The notes beneath the pieces are model-generated. The model ran no database searches, was not told the DNA's origin, and saw only the letters and a program-made list of their open reading frames with translations. A stretch of DNA of 64,000 nt from assembly GCA_965226885.1 (NCBI GenBank), contig CBDDEL010000012.1, positions 352,001 to 416,000 on the forward strand, in the 5' to 3' direction. This stretch comes from Opitutales bacterium. GTDB lineage: Bacteria; Verrucomicrobiota; Verrucomicrobiia; Opitutales; UBA2987. Below, in pieces: positions 1 through 10,812 of this stretch (its first letter is position 1; every line of letters starts with the position of its first letter). Position numbers and translations under genes: made by a program.

Positions 1-1
1 C

Positions 2-499
2 AAGTTTACCTTTGTCCACAAAAGACGCAGCTGTGAATTTGCGGACATGTATCTGGAAGAGCAAGGATGGCCCAAAAAAAGCATTTTCGCCGTCCAGCAC
101 CTCATCAGCTGCACTGGGCCTCGCAGCCTCATCGATGCCATACCTTTTTACAACAAATTGGAAAAAATCATGGGCATGGCGGTGTGCACGGCGGATTATC
201 TGGGGCAAATGAGCGACCCCAAATACATTAAAAAATTGCCCGTCCTCTTCCTGGAGTTTGAGGAATCCGATGACTATCGCGAAATCGCCAAAGAGGATCG
301 CATTTTCAAAAGCTGTGACGAATTGCTCCGGGGCACGCCTTTTTTCTGGTTCAATATCGTCATCCCAAAACTCGATAACGACTGCGAATCTCTCTACAAA
401 TTTCTGGCCGAACCGTATCCCGACGGCATCAACTCATACGTGCTGGAAATCGAGAGCAATGTGGATACAGTCAAGGAAATGATGGGCATAACTGCCTGA
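2..499 (+). CDS. HD-like metal-dependent phosphohydrolase, 5' end outside window
   Basis: Frame open from position 2 (KFTFVHKRRS...); TADYLGQM..Y..KL..LF.EF.E motif. Confidence 0.55.
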   Translation, partial: KFTFVHKRRSCEFADMYLEEQGWPKKSIFAVQHLISCTGPRSLIDAIPFYNKLEKIMGMAVCTADYLGQMSDPKYIKKLPVLFLEFEESDDYREIAKEDRIFKSCDELLRGTPFFWFNIVIPKLDNDCESLYKFLAEPYPDGINSYVLEIESNVDTVKEMMGITA

Positions 500-560
500 A
501 TGAGGGCTGTTGTTTTAAGATAGACAGACGTTTCTTTGTCCCGTTAAATCATTCCGCTTT

Positions 561-2121
561 ATGCTGGCGGTAGTATCATCGGGCACACTACAGGGAATTG
601 ACGCAATTTCCGTCCAGGTCGAAGTCAATACCGGAGAAAGCGGCGAACCGAGGATGATTCTGGTGGGCCTCCCCGGGGCGGCCGTGAAGGAGTCCAACGA
701 TCGGGTTGTTTCCGCCATAACCAACAGCGGATGGCGGGCCCCCACCACCCGTACAACCATCAACCTGGCGCCGGGCAGCATCCGCAAAGAGGGTCCCGTT
801 TACGATTTGCCCATAGCCTTGGGCATACTGGCCTCCACCGGGCAATTGACGGCCCCCCGTCTGGGTGACTATCTTATCGCTGGAGAACTCAGCCTTTCAG
901 GCAAAACCCGGCCGATTAAAGGGGCTCTCCCCCTCGCTCTGCTGGCCAAAGAGGAAAAAAAATCCGGCATTATCCTGCCCCCCATATCGGCTGAAGAAGC
1001 CACCTTGGTGGAAACTCAACCCGTTTACAAAGTCCATTCCCTGGACGAGGCGGTGCTTTTTCTTTCCGGCAAAAAAATGCTCCCGCGGGTCAAGCCGACG
1101 CTATACGCCCGACCCGGAGAGCAGGCCGGGGCCAGCGGTTACGACCGTGATTTTTCTGAAATCCGGGGCCAGCAAAACGTTCGGCGAGCCGTCGAAATAG
1201 CCGTCACGGGAGGCCATAATATGCTTATGATCGGCCCACCCGGATCAGGCAAATCGATGATTTCAAAACGCATTCCGACTATCTTTCCGGAGCCGACGAT
1301 GGAAGAATTCCTGGAAATTCTGAGCATCCGCTCCGCATCCGGGAATACTTTGAACGACAAACTTAAGCCGTTCCAGCGGCCTTTCCGCTCCCCGCACCAC
1401 ACCATCAGCGATGTGGGGTTGCTGGGCGGTGGCGCCATTCCCGGCCCCGGAGAGATTTCCCTGGCCCACCACGGGGTGCTCTTTCTGGACGAATTGCCGG
1501 AGTTCAAGCGCTCGGCCCTGGAGGTCCTCCGCCAGCCGCTGGAGGATGGATATGTCACCATTTCCCGCAGCGCGGCCAAGATCACCCTGCCGTGCTCCTT
1601 CATGCTGGTGGCCGCTATGAACCCCTGCCCCTGAGGTTATTTGGGCGATCATCGCAGAGAGTGCCGGTGCACACCGCCGCAAATCCAGCGTTACCGCACA
1701 AGTATTAGCGGGCCGCTACTGGACCGGGCCGCTACTGGACCGCATTGATATCCATGTGGAAGCTCCCTCCCTTTCCATCGGCGAATTGCGCAAAGATACT
1801 CCGGCGGAGGCCTCTGAACCCATGCGCAACCGCATCGCCGAAGCCAGGTGCATTCAGCAAAAACGCTTCCACGGCAGCAGGATTCACTGCAACGGCCGCA
1901 TGAGCCAGTCCCACCTGAAAAAGAATTGCCGGATCAGCTCCACTTCGGGCGATTTGCTGCAGCAAGCCATGGAGCAACTGCACCTCTCGGCCCGAGCCTA
2001 CGACCGCATCCTCAAGGTTTCCCGCACCATCGCGGACCTGGCCGATTCCGAAAATATCGAAACTCCCCACCTGCTCGAAGCCATCCAATACCGCAGCCTG
2101 GACCGCAATATCTTTTATTGA
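561..2121 (+). pseudogene. comM: ComM/YifB Mg-chelatase-like AAA+ ATPase, disrupted
   Basis: [25 protein letters not shown] motifs. TGA at 1632-1634 replaces Cys in NPCPCGY; a 16-bp tandem duplication at 1709-1740 shifts the frame; C-terminus ([19 protein letters not shown]) is in 1756-2121. Confidence 0.92.
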
Positions 2122-2159
2122 AACTGAAGCCATAACCCACCTAGGTAAAAAAATTAAAG

Positions 2160-3095
2160 ATGCACAAATACACATTCTTATGCGCCATATTACTATCATT
2201 GAACATCTGCGCCGGAGCCGATTCATCCGATTATCCAAAGGCCAAAATCGCCGTTTTGGGCGGCACTTTCCTCAATGACGCCATGTTCGACTCGGGTTAT
2301 TTAAAGGAGAGTTTCACCATCGAGACCAGGGCCGGAACCTCTCCCGAGATTCACTACGGCGAGGTCCAAGAGACGCCATTTTATTACATCCACGGGCATG
2401 GCGGCGGCAAATGGGTGGAAACCTTCGCCGCTCTCTATGAATTGGGAGTGAAAGAGCTCATTGGCGGCGCCACGGCCGGCTCCCTCAATCCCTTGCTCAA
2501 CGATTTCGACCTCATCCTGCCGAACGACATCATTGATTTTAACACGACCCGAAAACCCTATATTGTTCCGCAGGTAATGGGCCCCGATGCGCGCGTCACG
2601 GCCCGCATGAACCCGGCAACCGATCCGCTTTTGAGGCAAATTTTGCTCGAAGAAGGCCGGCGCGCACTGCGTTCCAGGGAGGATTTAATCGACGTTAACA
2701 TTCTGAACGGAGGTACTCTCGTACAAGCCCGCGGGGGGCGTTTTGAAAGCCCCGCCGAGATAAGATTCTTCAAAAACTCGGGGGGAGACCTGGTAACCAT
2801 GAACAATGGCACGGAAATGTCCTACGCCCGGCAACTGGGCATCCATTACGCGTGTATGAACCTTATTTCGAACCCGGCCGAAAGTCTTGGGGATTGGGAA
2901 TGGTCCGGCCTTGCGCGCATCTACCAGCGGATGAACCCCGTCTGCCTGAAAATCGTGGCCGCCGCCATTCCGCGCATCGCCGCCATCGAGGAGGGAACCC
3001 CCAGAGTGATGGACAAACTTCTGCGCATGAAACAAAATTTCACCTACAAAAAGAACCCCGAGGAAGCCGAAGAGCGCCCATTTGCGGTGGAATAA
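2160..3095 (+). CDS. MTAP/purine nucleoside phosphorylase family protein with signal-peptide-like N-terminus
   Basis: IAVLGGT, ATAGSL, GGRFESPAEIR, GDLVTM..TE..YARQLG motifs. Confidence 0.8.
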   Translation: MHKYTFLCAILLSLNICAGADSSDYPKAKIAVLGGTFLNDAMFDSGYLKESFTIETRAGTSPEIHYGEVQETPFYYIHGHGGGKWVETFAALYELGVKELIGGATAGSLNPLLNDFDLILPNDIIDFNTTRKPYIVPQVMGPDARVTARMNPATDPLLRQILLEEGRRALRSREDLIDVNILNGGTLVQARGGRFESPAEIRFFKNSGGDLVTMNNGTEMSYARQLGIHYACMNLISNPAESLGDWEWSGLARIYQRMNPVCLKIVAAAIPRIAAIEEGTPRVMDKLLRMKQNFTYKKNPEEAEERPFAVE

Positions 3096-3189
3096 CCAGA
3101 ATCTTTAAAAAAGGGTGAAGTGGCCGGGGCAAATGAAGGATCACCGAAAAAGAATGAAAGGTATGGGCATAGTTTTCGACTATTCGTAG

Positions 3190-3846
3190 ATGAACAATAT
3201 AATAAAAAAGCATAAGTTATCTCTATTGATTAATCGAAAAACCCTCATCTTTTCTTTGATTGTTCCCATACTATTTTTTACCGGTTCAAGTTATGGTGCA
3301 AGAAACGACCGGAACGGACCTAGCCATGGGGTGCAAGGCGCGGCAAAAGGAGGGATGGGAGGCGCTGCCTTGGGAGCGTTAATCGGAGCCGCCGCAGGAG
3401 ACGCGGGTAAAGGCGCCGCTATCGGAGCCGTCAGCGGCCTCGTTCTGGGCGGAGCCATGGGCCACTCTCGAGATGTGCGGGAGAATGAAGAGGCGAGATA
3501 CCAGGAACGGTTAGGCCAGGAAAGGGCTTATCAACAAGAAGTTATCGGCATTCGTGAAAGAGAATCTCGTGAATCCAGACAGCGGGCTGAAATTCTGGCC
3601 ATTCAAGAAGGATACAATATCACTCCGACCGAAGTCCGTGCGGCTCAAAAACGAGCCGATGAAGCGGAAAGACGACTGAATAAACTCCAGGCTGAGGTAG
3701 CAAATGCCAAAACGCGGGATAATTCCCTTAAAGAAGCAATCGAGCGAGAGGAAGAAGCCGAGGCAAAAATTCGAGAACTCAAGGCCCAGCTTGAAGCCTT
3801 GAAAAAAGCGAATGAGGAGGGGGAAAGTCCCGAATCCTCATATTGA
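3190..3846 (+). CDS. Glycine-zipper protein with C-terminal coiled coil
   Basis: GAAKGGMGGAALGALIGAAAGDAGKGAAIGA zipper; E/R/K-rich tail; hydrophobic N-terminus. Confidence 0.75.
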   Translation: MNNIIKKHKLSLLINRKTLIFSLIVPILFFTGSSYGARNDRNGPSHGVQGAAKGGMGGAALGALIGAAAGDAGKGAAIGAVSGLVLGGAMGHSRDVRENEEARYQERLGQERAYQQEVIGIRERESRESRQRAEILAIQEGYNITPTEVRAAQKRADEAERRLNKLQAEVANAKTRDNSLKEAIEREEEAEAKIRELKAQLEALKKANEEGESPESSY

Positions 3847-3887
3847 CCTAGCCCAAATCCCAAAGGGGACAGGTGAATGCGTGTTCT

Positions 3888-5123
3888 TCATGCGGCCGAG
3901 GTGGAAAATGATTTGGGCAGGGTTATGCTGCCCGTGGCCAGTTTCATGAGGAAAAGAGCGGTTAGCCGGATGCGTTCGGGCAGGCTGTCGAGGTAAACGT
4001 GTTCTTTGTCGCTGTGTATGTCCCCTACGCGCACGCCGAGGGTGTCGAGGGTGGGCAGACCGGCAACGGCCAGGTTGTTGCCATCGCTGCAACCTCCTGA
4101 ATCCCGCCAGTCGAGGCTCATCCCGAGGTCGCGGGCGCAGTGGTCGCGGGCGCAGTGGTCGCGGGCGCAGTCTTTGTAAAAACCGAAAAGCTGCTCAATT
4201 TGCGGAGTCAATTCCTTGGGAGGCCGGTTGAAGGTTCCGTCCATTTCCAAGTGGAGGTCTTCCTGCCGATTGGCTTTGCACAACAGCTCCCGGATACAAT
4301 TTTGAATAACGGCAATATCCTCACAACGGTCGATGCGAATATTGAACTGGGCGGCAGCGTACTCGGGAACGATGTTTACCGGTCCGCCACCGGAAATATT
4401 TCCCACGTTAAAAATGGCCCCGGGAATTTCTCCGTTCAACCTTTGAACCTCAGAAACAAAATTGCAGAGCGCGGCCACGGCGTTGCGACCAAGTGAAAAA
4501 TCCCGTCCCACGTGAGCAGACTTCCCTTTGGCTGTGACCTTGAATGTGCCCGCTCCCTTGCGCTTGCGGATTAAGGCCCCGTCCCTGAGGGAGGATTCGA
4601 AAACCAGGCCCAGATGATGGCGGCGGGCGGCATCCTGCAAAATCCGGGCGCTGCCGGGAGAGCCGATCTCCTCGTCCGGCCCGATATAGACCTCCCAACC
4701 CAAATTTCCGGCAAAGGGAGCGCGTTCAAAGATTTCCAGCGCCTTCAACATGACGAGGAGCCCGCCCTTCATGTCGGCAACTCCCGGACCGTTGAGTATA
4801 TTTTCATCGATCAGACGGCATTTCTGAAACGGGTGCTCAGGGCCGTAAACCGTGTCCATGTGGCCGTTGAGAAACACTTGCACGGGCGCTTGCGGGCGGC
4901 AGATGAGCTGTAAACCCCGGCCTGGCGTTTGCGCCAATTCCATTTCCCTTATTCGGCCAGGTAAACAGGAGAATCCGGTTTTCAGCGCCTCCATCATACG
5001 GAACAAGCCATCAGGGTTTTGGCTCCCGGAATTGATACCGCACCAGGAGATGAGGAGGTCGCGCATCTCCGCCACTTCCATTTCCGTCTCGATACCTCGC
5101 AAATAGGGTTGAAAATCGTCCAT
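3888..5123 (-). CDS. M20 family metallohydrolase (carboxypeptidase G2-like)
   Basis: GHMDTV, GPGVADMKGG, DEEIGS, GGCSDGN, IHSDKE motifs. Confidence 0.88.
   Translation of the reverse strand: MDDFQPYLRGIETEMEVAEMRDLLISWCGINSGSQNPDGLFRMMEALKTGFSCLPGRIREMELAQTPGRGLQLICRPQAPVQVFLNGHMDTVYGPEHPFQKCRLIDENILNGPGVADMKGGLLVMLKALEIFERAPFAGNLGWEVYIGPDEEIGSPGSARILQDAARRHHLGLVFESSLRDGALIRKRKGAGTFKVTAKGKSAHVGRDFSLGRNAVAALCNFVSEVQRLNGEIPGAIFNVGNISGGGPVNIVPEYAAAQFNIRIDRCEDIAVIQNCIRELLCKANRQEDLHLEMDGTFNRPPKELTPQIEQLFGFYKDCARDHCARDHCARDLGMSLDWRDSGGCSDGNNLAVAGLPTLDTLGVRVGDIHSDKEHVYLDSLPERIRLTALFLMKLATGSITLPKSFSTSAA
4127..4171. repeat. 15-bp tandem repeat x3, in frame (CARDH CARDH CARD)
   Basis: GGTCGCGGGCGCAGT repeated three times exactly. 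Confidence 0.95.
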
Positions 5124-5341
5124 GGTAAACAAAAAGAATGGTTAATACTTGTCAAAGACAAGAGCGGGCAGCGGCCTACTTGCCTATATCCAATTATGCG
5201 GCATTTTCAGGAGAAAATAAAGGCTTGAGTGAGCCATGCAATTCTGAGCTTATATCATGCACAAATTTATTGGCATAGCTAAGCAACGGGAAAACCAAAA
5301 ACGCCAGGAATCTGGCCTTAATACCGGCAATTGAAGGCAGA

Positions 5342-6769
5342 ATGAGTCAAGGCCAACCTTTCAACGAGGCTCCAGAACAGAATGTGGAGGGCCGCCAGGC
5401 TCGTTTGTGGGAAGCCATTCTCCCGGTTGCGGCTTTGATATTTTTCCTCGCCCTCAATATTAAACTTTACGGCGGTGAACCGCATATTCCGCTGGTGCTC
5501 GGCACGGTAGTGGCGGCGATTGTGGGAATTCGTCTGGGTTATTCCTGGAAATTAATTGAGGAGGGCATGGTTAGCGGGATCGTTATTGCCCTCAAGGCGG
5601 TGCTCATTTTGCTCGTAATCGGCATCCTCATTGGCGTCTGGATAGCCAGCGGGGTGGTGCCACTCATGATTTTCTACGGCCTGAAATTGCTCACCCCGGA
5701 AATATTTCTCATCGCCGCTTGTATCATCTGTTCCATCGTATCGCTGGCCACGGGCAGCTCCTGGACGACCGCCGGAACGGTCGGCGTGGCCCTCATCGGG
5801 GTGGGGCAAGGGCTGGGCATGCACCTCGGGATGGTAGCCGAGGCAATTATTTCGGGCGCTTACTTCGGCGATAAAATGTCTCCCCTGTCCGACACCACCA
5901 ACCTGGCCCCGGCAGTGGCCGGTTCCGAGCTTTTCGACCACATTCGCCACATGACCTACACCACAGTCCCGGGCCTAATAATCGCCCTCATTCTCTATGC
6001 CGTGCTGGGGCTAACCGTTAGTGGCAATGGAGAATCTTCGAGCGGTGGAATTGCCCTCATCCTCGACACCATCGACGCGGGTTTCAACCTCAGCCCCCTG
6101 CTGCTGCTGCCGCCGTTGCTGGTTTTCGTCATGGTCATTTACCGGATACCGGCTTTACCCGCCTTGCTGGGGGGAGCCGCCCTGGGGGGAATCCTGGGCA
6201 TGGTTTTTCAGGGTATGAGCCTGGGCGACGTTTTCTCGGTGGCCAAAGACGGCTATGCCGCCACCACCGGAGTAAGCGATGTCGATGCCCTCCTCAGCCG
6301 CGGCGGCATGATCGGGATGATGAACACCATCGCCCTCATCCTCTGCGCCATGTCGTTTGGCGGGATTATGGAAAAAACCGGCATGCTCATGGTGTTGGCC
6401 AATGCCATTTTAAAAATGGCAAAAAGCGCCGGTTCGCTGGTCGCCTCGACGGTGGCCACCTGCGTGGCCATGAACATCATCGCGCCCGACCAATACCTGT
6501 CCATCGTGGTGCCGGGCCGGATGTATCGAGATGCTTTTGAAAAAGCCAACCTGCACCCGAAAAACCTCTCCCGCTGCCTGGAAGACGCCGGCACCCTCAC
6601 CTCGCCGTTAGTGGCCTGGAACACCTGCGCCGTTTACATGTTCGGGGCTCTCGGCGTTTCCCCCTTTGTTTACCTGCCCTTCGCCTTCCTCAACCTGGCC
6701 ACGCCCCTCATCTCCATCTTCTACGGATACACCGGCTGGACCATGCAGCCGCTGAAAGGGAAAGATTAA
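5342..6769 (+). CDS. nhaC: NhaC-family Na+/H+ antiporter or amino acid transporter
   Basis: TGSSWTT.GT.G, SGAYFGDKMSPLSDTTNLA, SRCLEDAGT motifs; many TM helices. Confidence 0.9.
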   Translation: MSQGQPFNEAPEQNVEGRQARLWEAILPVAALIFFLALNIKLYGGEPHIPLVLGTVVAAIVGIRLGYSWKLIEEGMVSGIVIALKAVLILLVIGILIGVWIASGVVPLMIFYGLKLLTPEIFLIAACIICSIVSLATGSSWTTAGTVGVALIGVGQGLGMHLGMVAEAIISGAYFGDKMSPLSDTTNLAPAVAGSELFDHIRHMTYTTVPGLIIALILYAVLGLTVSGNGESSSGGIALILDTIDAGFNLSPLLLLPPLLVFVMVIYRIPALPALLGGAALGGILGMVFQGMSLGDVFSVAKDGYAATTGVSDVDALLSRGGMIGMMNTIALILCAMSFGGIMEKTGMLMVLANAILKMAKSAGSLVASTVATCVAMNIIAPDQYLSIVVPGRMYRDAFEKANLHPKNLSRCLEDAGTLTSPLVAWNTCAVYMFGALGVSPFVYLPFAFLNLATPLISIFYGYTGWTMQPLKGKD

Positions 6770-6793
6770 CAGGAAGAGGAAGTTGTGGCGAAT

Positions 6794-7789
6794 TCATTCC
6801 TCAGCGTCGATCTCGGCGGTGCGGAGGCAGGCGACGTGGCGGCGGTTTTGGTAGTTTTCCAGTTCGGGAATGGTTTGGGCGCAGGCTTCGGTGGCGAAGG
6901 CGCAGCGAGGGTGAAAGGCGCAGCCGCTTGGCGGGTTGATGGGTGAAGGGGGATCGCCCTCCAGCACGAGGCGGGTGCGGGTGCGTTCTTTGTCGGGATC
7001 GGGCACCGGGATGGCGCTGACGAGGGCCTTGGTGTAGGGATGCAAAGGGTTTTCCATGACCTCAGTGGCGTCACCTACTTCCACCAGTTTGCCCAAATAC
7101 ATGACGGCGATGCGGTCGGCGATGTATTTGACCACCGAGAGGTCGTGAGAGATGAAGATCATGGTCAATTCCATCTCCCGGCAGAGTTTCTGGATGAGGT
7201 TTAAAATTTGCGATTGGATGGAGACGTCGAGGGCGGAAACGGGCTCGTCAGCGAGGACGAGTTTGGGCTCGGGGGCGAGGCAGCGGGCGATGGCAATGCG
7301 CTGCCTTTGGCCGCCGGAAAACTCGTGGGGGTATTTTTTCATCTGGGCGGGGGAGAGGCCCACCGTTGACATCAATTTCCCGACCCTGCCCAGCATTTCC
7401 CGGCCCTTGCATTTGTGGCGCGTGTTGATGGCCTCGGCCAGGGTGTTGAATACGGTCATGCGGGGGTTGAGGGAGGCGTAGGGATCCTGAAAAATCATCT
7501 GGAAATTGATGCGCTCGGCCCGCACCTCGGCTTTGCTCAGGCAGCAGAGGTCCCGCCCTTCGAGAACGATGGTTCCGCTGGTCGCAGGCAGTAATTGCAT
7601 GATGGTGCGGGCCAGCGTCGATTTTCCACAGCCGGACTCGCCCACCAAGCCGAGGATTTCCCCCTTTTTCAGACTCAGCGAAATACCGTCAACGGCCTTG
7701 ACGTGGCCGATCACTTTGCGGCGGATGACACCCTTAATAACCGGAAAATGGGTTTTAACGGACTCGAGCGTTAGAAAGGATTCACTCAT
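6794..7789 (-). CDS. oppF: Oligopeptide ABC transporter ATP-binding subunit
   Basis: GESGCGKST, FSGGQRQR, DPPSPINPPSGC.FHPRC. Confidence 0.92.
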   Translation of the reverse strand: MSESFLTLESVKTHFPVIKGVIRRKVIGHVKAVDGISLSLKKGEILGLVGESGCGKSTLARTIMQLLPATSGTIVLEGRDLCCLSKAEVRAERINFQMIFQDPYASLNPRMTVFNTLAEAINTRHKCKGREMLGRVGKLMSTVGLSPAQMKKYPHEFSGGQRQRIAIARCLAPEPKLVLADEPVSALDVSIQSQILNLIQKLCREMELTMIFISHDLSVVKYIADRIAVMYLGKLVEVGDATEVMENPLHPYTKALVSAIPVPDPDKERTRTRLVLEGDPPSPINPPSGCAFHPRCAFATEACAQTIPELENYQNRRHVACLRTAEIDAEE

Positions 7790-7814
7790 CTGCGTTTAAA
7801 AATAGAATTATTGT

Positions 7815-8807
7815 TCACATTTCGATGGCTGAGGGGTCTTCCCGCTGGTAACGTAGGCAAGAGGTGCTGTGGTCGGGCTGGAGGTCTTTGAGGATGGTGG
7901 GGGTGCTCGCACAGGGGTCTTCTTTGGCCACCGGGCAGCGTTCGTAAAAGGGGCATCCTGTGAATTCGTGGGAGAGATCGGGCGGCATCCCGGGAATGGT
8001 GTAAAGCTCCCTTCCTTTCTCCTGCAGCGAGGGTATCGATTTGAGCAGCGAGAGGGTGTAAGGGTGGCGGGATCGGTAATAGATTTCGCCGGTAGCGCCG
8101 GATTCGATAATCCTGCCGGCATACATGACGTTAACGCGATCGCAGAAACCGGCCACCACGCCAAGATCGTGCGTGATGAATATAACGGCGGTGCCGAGTT
8201 CCTTCTGGCGTTTTTTAATAAGCTCGAGAATTTGAGCCTGGACGGTCACATCAAGGGCGGTGGAGGGCTCGTCGGCAATCAGGATTTCAGGATGGGTGAT
8301 GAGGGCCATGGCGATCATGACCCGCTGACGCATTCCGCCAGAAAATTCGTGGGGGTAAAAAAGGACCCGCTTGGAGGCGTCCTGAATGCCAACTTCTTCG
8401 AGAGCCGCAATGGCCCTTTTGAGGGCCTCCTTTTTTCCTATTCCCTCGTGAATAAGCAGGGGTTCGATGAGTTGGGTGGAAACCCGCAGGTAGGGGTTGA
8501 GGGACGTCATGGGATCCTGGAAAATCATGGAGATGCGTTTGCCACGGATTTTCCTGAGCGTTTCCTTCGGGCAGCAGAGCAAATCCGTGCCGTCGAAAAT
8601 GGCCCGCCCACTCTCGATCCTGCCCGGCGGCTGCGGGATGAGTCCCATGATGGAATAGCAGGTGACCGATTTTCCGGAGCCGGACTCCCCCACGATGCCC
8701 AGTGTTTCCCCCGGCTCCAGGCTGAAGGAAATGCCGTCCACGGCCCGCACAATGCCATTGCGGGTGTGGAAGTGGGTGGCCAGGTTATCGACTTCGAGCA
8801 GAGGCAT
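7815..8807 (-). CDS. oppD: Oligopeptide ABC transporter ATP-binding subunit
   Basis: [26 protein letters not shown]. Confidence 0.92.
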   Translation of the reverse strand: MPLLEVDNLATHFHTRNGIVRAVDGISFSLEPGETLGIVGESGSGKSVTCYSIMGLIPQPPGRIESGRAIFDGTDLLCCPKETLRKIRGKRISMIFQDPMTSLNPYLRVSTQLIEPLLIHEGIGKKEALKRAIAALEEVGIQDASKRVLFYPHEFSGGMRQRVMIAMALITHPEILIADEPSTALDVTVQAQILELIKKRQKELGTAVIFITHDLGVVAGFCDRVNVMYAGRIIESGATGEIYYRSRHPYTLSLLKSIPSLQEKGRELYTIPGMPPDLSHEFTGCPFYERCPVAKEDPCASTPTILKDLQPDHSTSCLRYQREDPSAIEM

Positions 8808-8810
8808 TAA

Positions 8811-9728
8811 TTAATCCTTGGAGGAGCGGGGATCAAGGGCGTCGCGCAGGCCGTCGCCAAGAAAGTTGAGGGAAAAGAGGGTGGCCGAGAAAAAGATGGC
8901 CGGGGCGATCAAGAGCCAGGGAAAAACGGTCATGCCGTCGGCGCCTTCCTTGATGAGGACGCCCCAGGAACTCATCGGCGGGGGCACGCCCAGGCCGAGA
9001 AAACTGAGCACCGCTTCTAGCAGCATGACGGCGGGAACCGTCAAAGTGGCGTAAACGATGACCGGTCCGAGCACGTTGGGGATAAGGTGCCGCAGAATGA
9101 TGCGGGTATTGCTGTGCCCAAGGGAAATGGCGGCTTCGACGAATTCCTGTTTTTTCAGGGAGAGGATTTGGCCGCGCACGATTCGAGCCATTGTCAGCCA
9201 TTCGACCGCCCCGATGGCGATAAACAAGAGCACCACGCTGCGTCCGAAGATGACCATCAGCAAAATGACAAAAATGGTGAACGGGAGGGCATAGAGAATA
9301 TCCACGCAACGCATCATAAAGGCGTCCGTCTTGCCGCCCAGATAACCGGAAACGGCCCCGTAAACAACCCCGATAAGGAGGGAAACAGCAGTGGCCAGGA
9401 AGCCCACCCCGAGGGATACCCGCCCCCCATGCAGGATGCGGGTCAACTGGTCCCGGCCTAGCGAATCGGTTCCCAGCCAATGTTCGGCGTTGGGAGGTTG
9501 GGCATTATAGGCAAGGTCTTGCTCCTCATTCGAGTAAGGGGATGCCAGTGGGCCGACCATGCACAAAACAGTCATTAAGATGAAAAAAATCAAACTGGCA
9601 AAGGCGAGGTGATTTTTGCGCAGCCGGTGCCAAGCATCCTTCCAAAGGGAACTACCATCTTCCATTTTCTCAAGCGGGATAACCGGCAGATCTTGCGGGC
9701 TTAATGTTTTCATCGATTCCAGGGACAT
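8811..9728 (-). CDS. oppC: Oligopeptide ABC transporter permease
   Basis: HWLGTDSLGRD; EFVEAA..LG EAA motif. Confidence 0.92.
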   Translation of the reverse strand: MSLESMKTLSPQDLPVIPLEKMEDGSSLWKDAWHRLRKNHLAFASLIFFILMTVLCMVGPLASPYSNEEQDLAYNAQPPNAEHWLGTDSLGRDQLTRILHGGRVSLGVGFLATAVSLLIGVVYGAVSGYLGGKTDAFMMRCVDILYALPFTIFVILLMVIFGRSVVLLFIAIGAVEWLTMARIVRGQILSLKKQEFVEAAISLGHSNTRIILRHLIPNVLGPVIVYATLTVPAVMLLEAVLSFLGLGVPPPMSSWGVLIKEGADGMTVFPWLLIAPAIFFSATLFSLNFLGDGLRDALDPRSSKD

Positions 9729-9746
9729 AACGTGGCGGGGCCTCTT

Positions 9747-10751
9747 CTACTCGTATTTAAGTTTCGGGTTCATGATGACCTGCACGATGTCCACCAGCAA
9801 ATTCATGATGATGATAAAAGAGGCGTAAAAAAGGACCGTCCCCAGGACCATGGTATAATCGCGGTTGAAGGCGGAATTGATAAAATGGCGGCCCAAACCG
9901 GGGATTTGAAAAATGGTCTCGATGACGAAGGAACCACTGATCATGCCCGCCAGAGCCGGTCCCATAAAGGATACGACCGGGAGGAGGCCGCCCTTGAAGG
10001 AGTGCTTGATAATTACTTTGGACTCCGGCACACCCTTGGCCCGGGCGGTGCGAATGAAATCCTGGGATAATATTTCGAGCATTCCGCCGCGCGTGAGACG
10101 GGCCACATAAGCCGCATAAAAAAGGCCGAGAGTGAGCGAGGGCAGAATGATATCGCTCCAGGTAAACCAACCGGAAACGTTGACCCAGCCCAGCCAGAGA
10201 CCGAAAACCAGGGCCAGGATGGGACCCATGACAAATGTGGGCAGGCATATCCCGACCATGGCTACCGACATGGGCACATAGTCGAGGGCGGTGTTTTTGC
10301 CGATTGAGGCGATGATTCCCGCCGGAACGCCCAAACACAGGGCGACGGCCAGTGCCACCAGGCCCAACTTCATGGAAACCGGGAAAGATTCGGCAATGAG
10401 TTCGTTCACGGTGCGCCCTTCGTATTTATAGGAGGGCCCAAGATCGATGCCGAATATTTCTTTGAGGTTGAAATTAAAAACTCTCCGCTCCAAAGACTCA
10501 TCATAAACAAAGAGTTCGAGAGGATTGAATTTTTTTGGGCAAAGTTTGACCAAATAATTCCAGTATTGGACAGGGAGGGAGTCGTTGAGCCCGTAATACT
10601 CGTTCATCTTTTCGAGAATTTCCGGCCTTACGTTGCGCTCTTGGCTAAAGGGGCCGCCCGGGGCGGCATGGACCATGAAAAAAGTCATCGTGGCAATGGC
10701 CAGCAACACCGGGATGATCTGAAGAAAACGATAAAGGATGAACTTTAACAT
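9747..10751 (-). CDS. oppB: Oligopeptide ABC transporter permease
   Basis: APGGPF, DFIRTARAKG, ETIFQIPGLG, NRDY motifs. Confidence 0.92.
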   Translation of the reverse strand: MLKFILYRFLQIIPVLLAIATMTFFMVHAAPGGPFSQERNVRPEILEKMNEYYGLNDSLPVQYWNYLVKLCPKKFNPLELFVYDESLERRVFNFNLKEIFGIDLGPSYKYEGRTVNELIAESFPVSMKLGLVALAVALCLGVPAGIIASIGKNTALDYVPMSVAMVGICLPTFVMGPILALVFGLWLGWVNVSGWFTWSDIILPSLTLGLFYAAYVARLTRGGMLEILSQDFIRTARAKGVPESKVIIKHSFKGGLLPVVSFMGPALAGMISGSFVIETIFQIPGLGRHFINSAFNRDYTMVLGTVLFYASFIIIMNLLVDIVQVIMNPKLKYE

Positions 10752-10812
10752 ACCCTGTGCTACATGCTACATTTGACTCTACCTTAAGCGGAATCCGGCC
10801 CGGTTGTTTACC

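Noticed and set aside
1632..1634. In-frame TGA at a Cys position as selenocysteine or recoding
   Set aside because: A frameshifting duplication follows within 80 bp, TGA is a normal stop in many genes here, and no SECIS was recognised
5270..5288. Sigma54 promoter before nhaC (TGGCATAGCTAAGCA)
   Set aside because: GG-to-GC spacing is 9 nt, not the required 10
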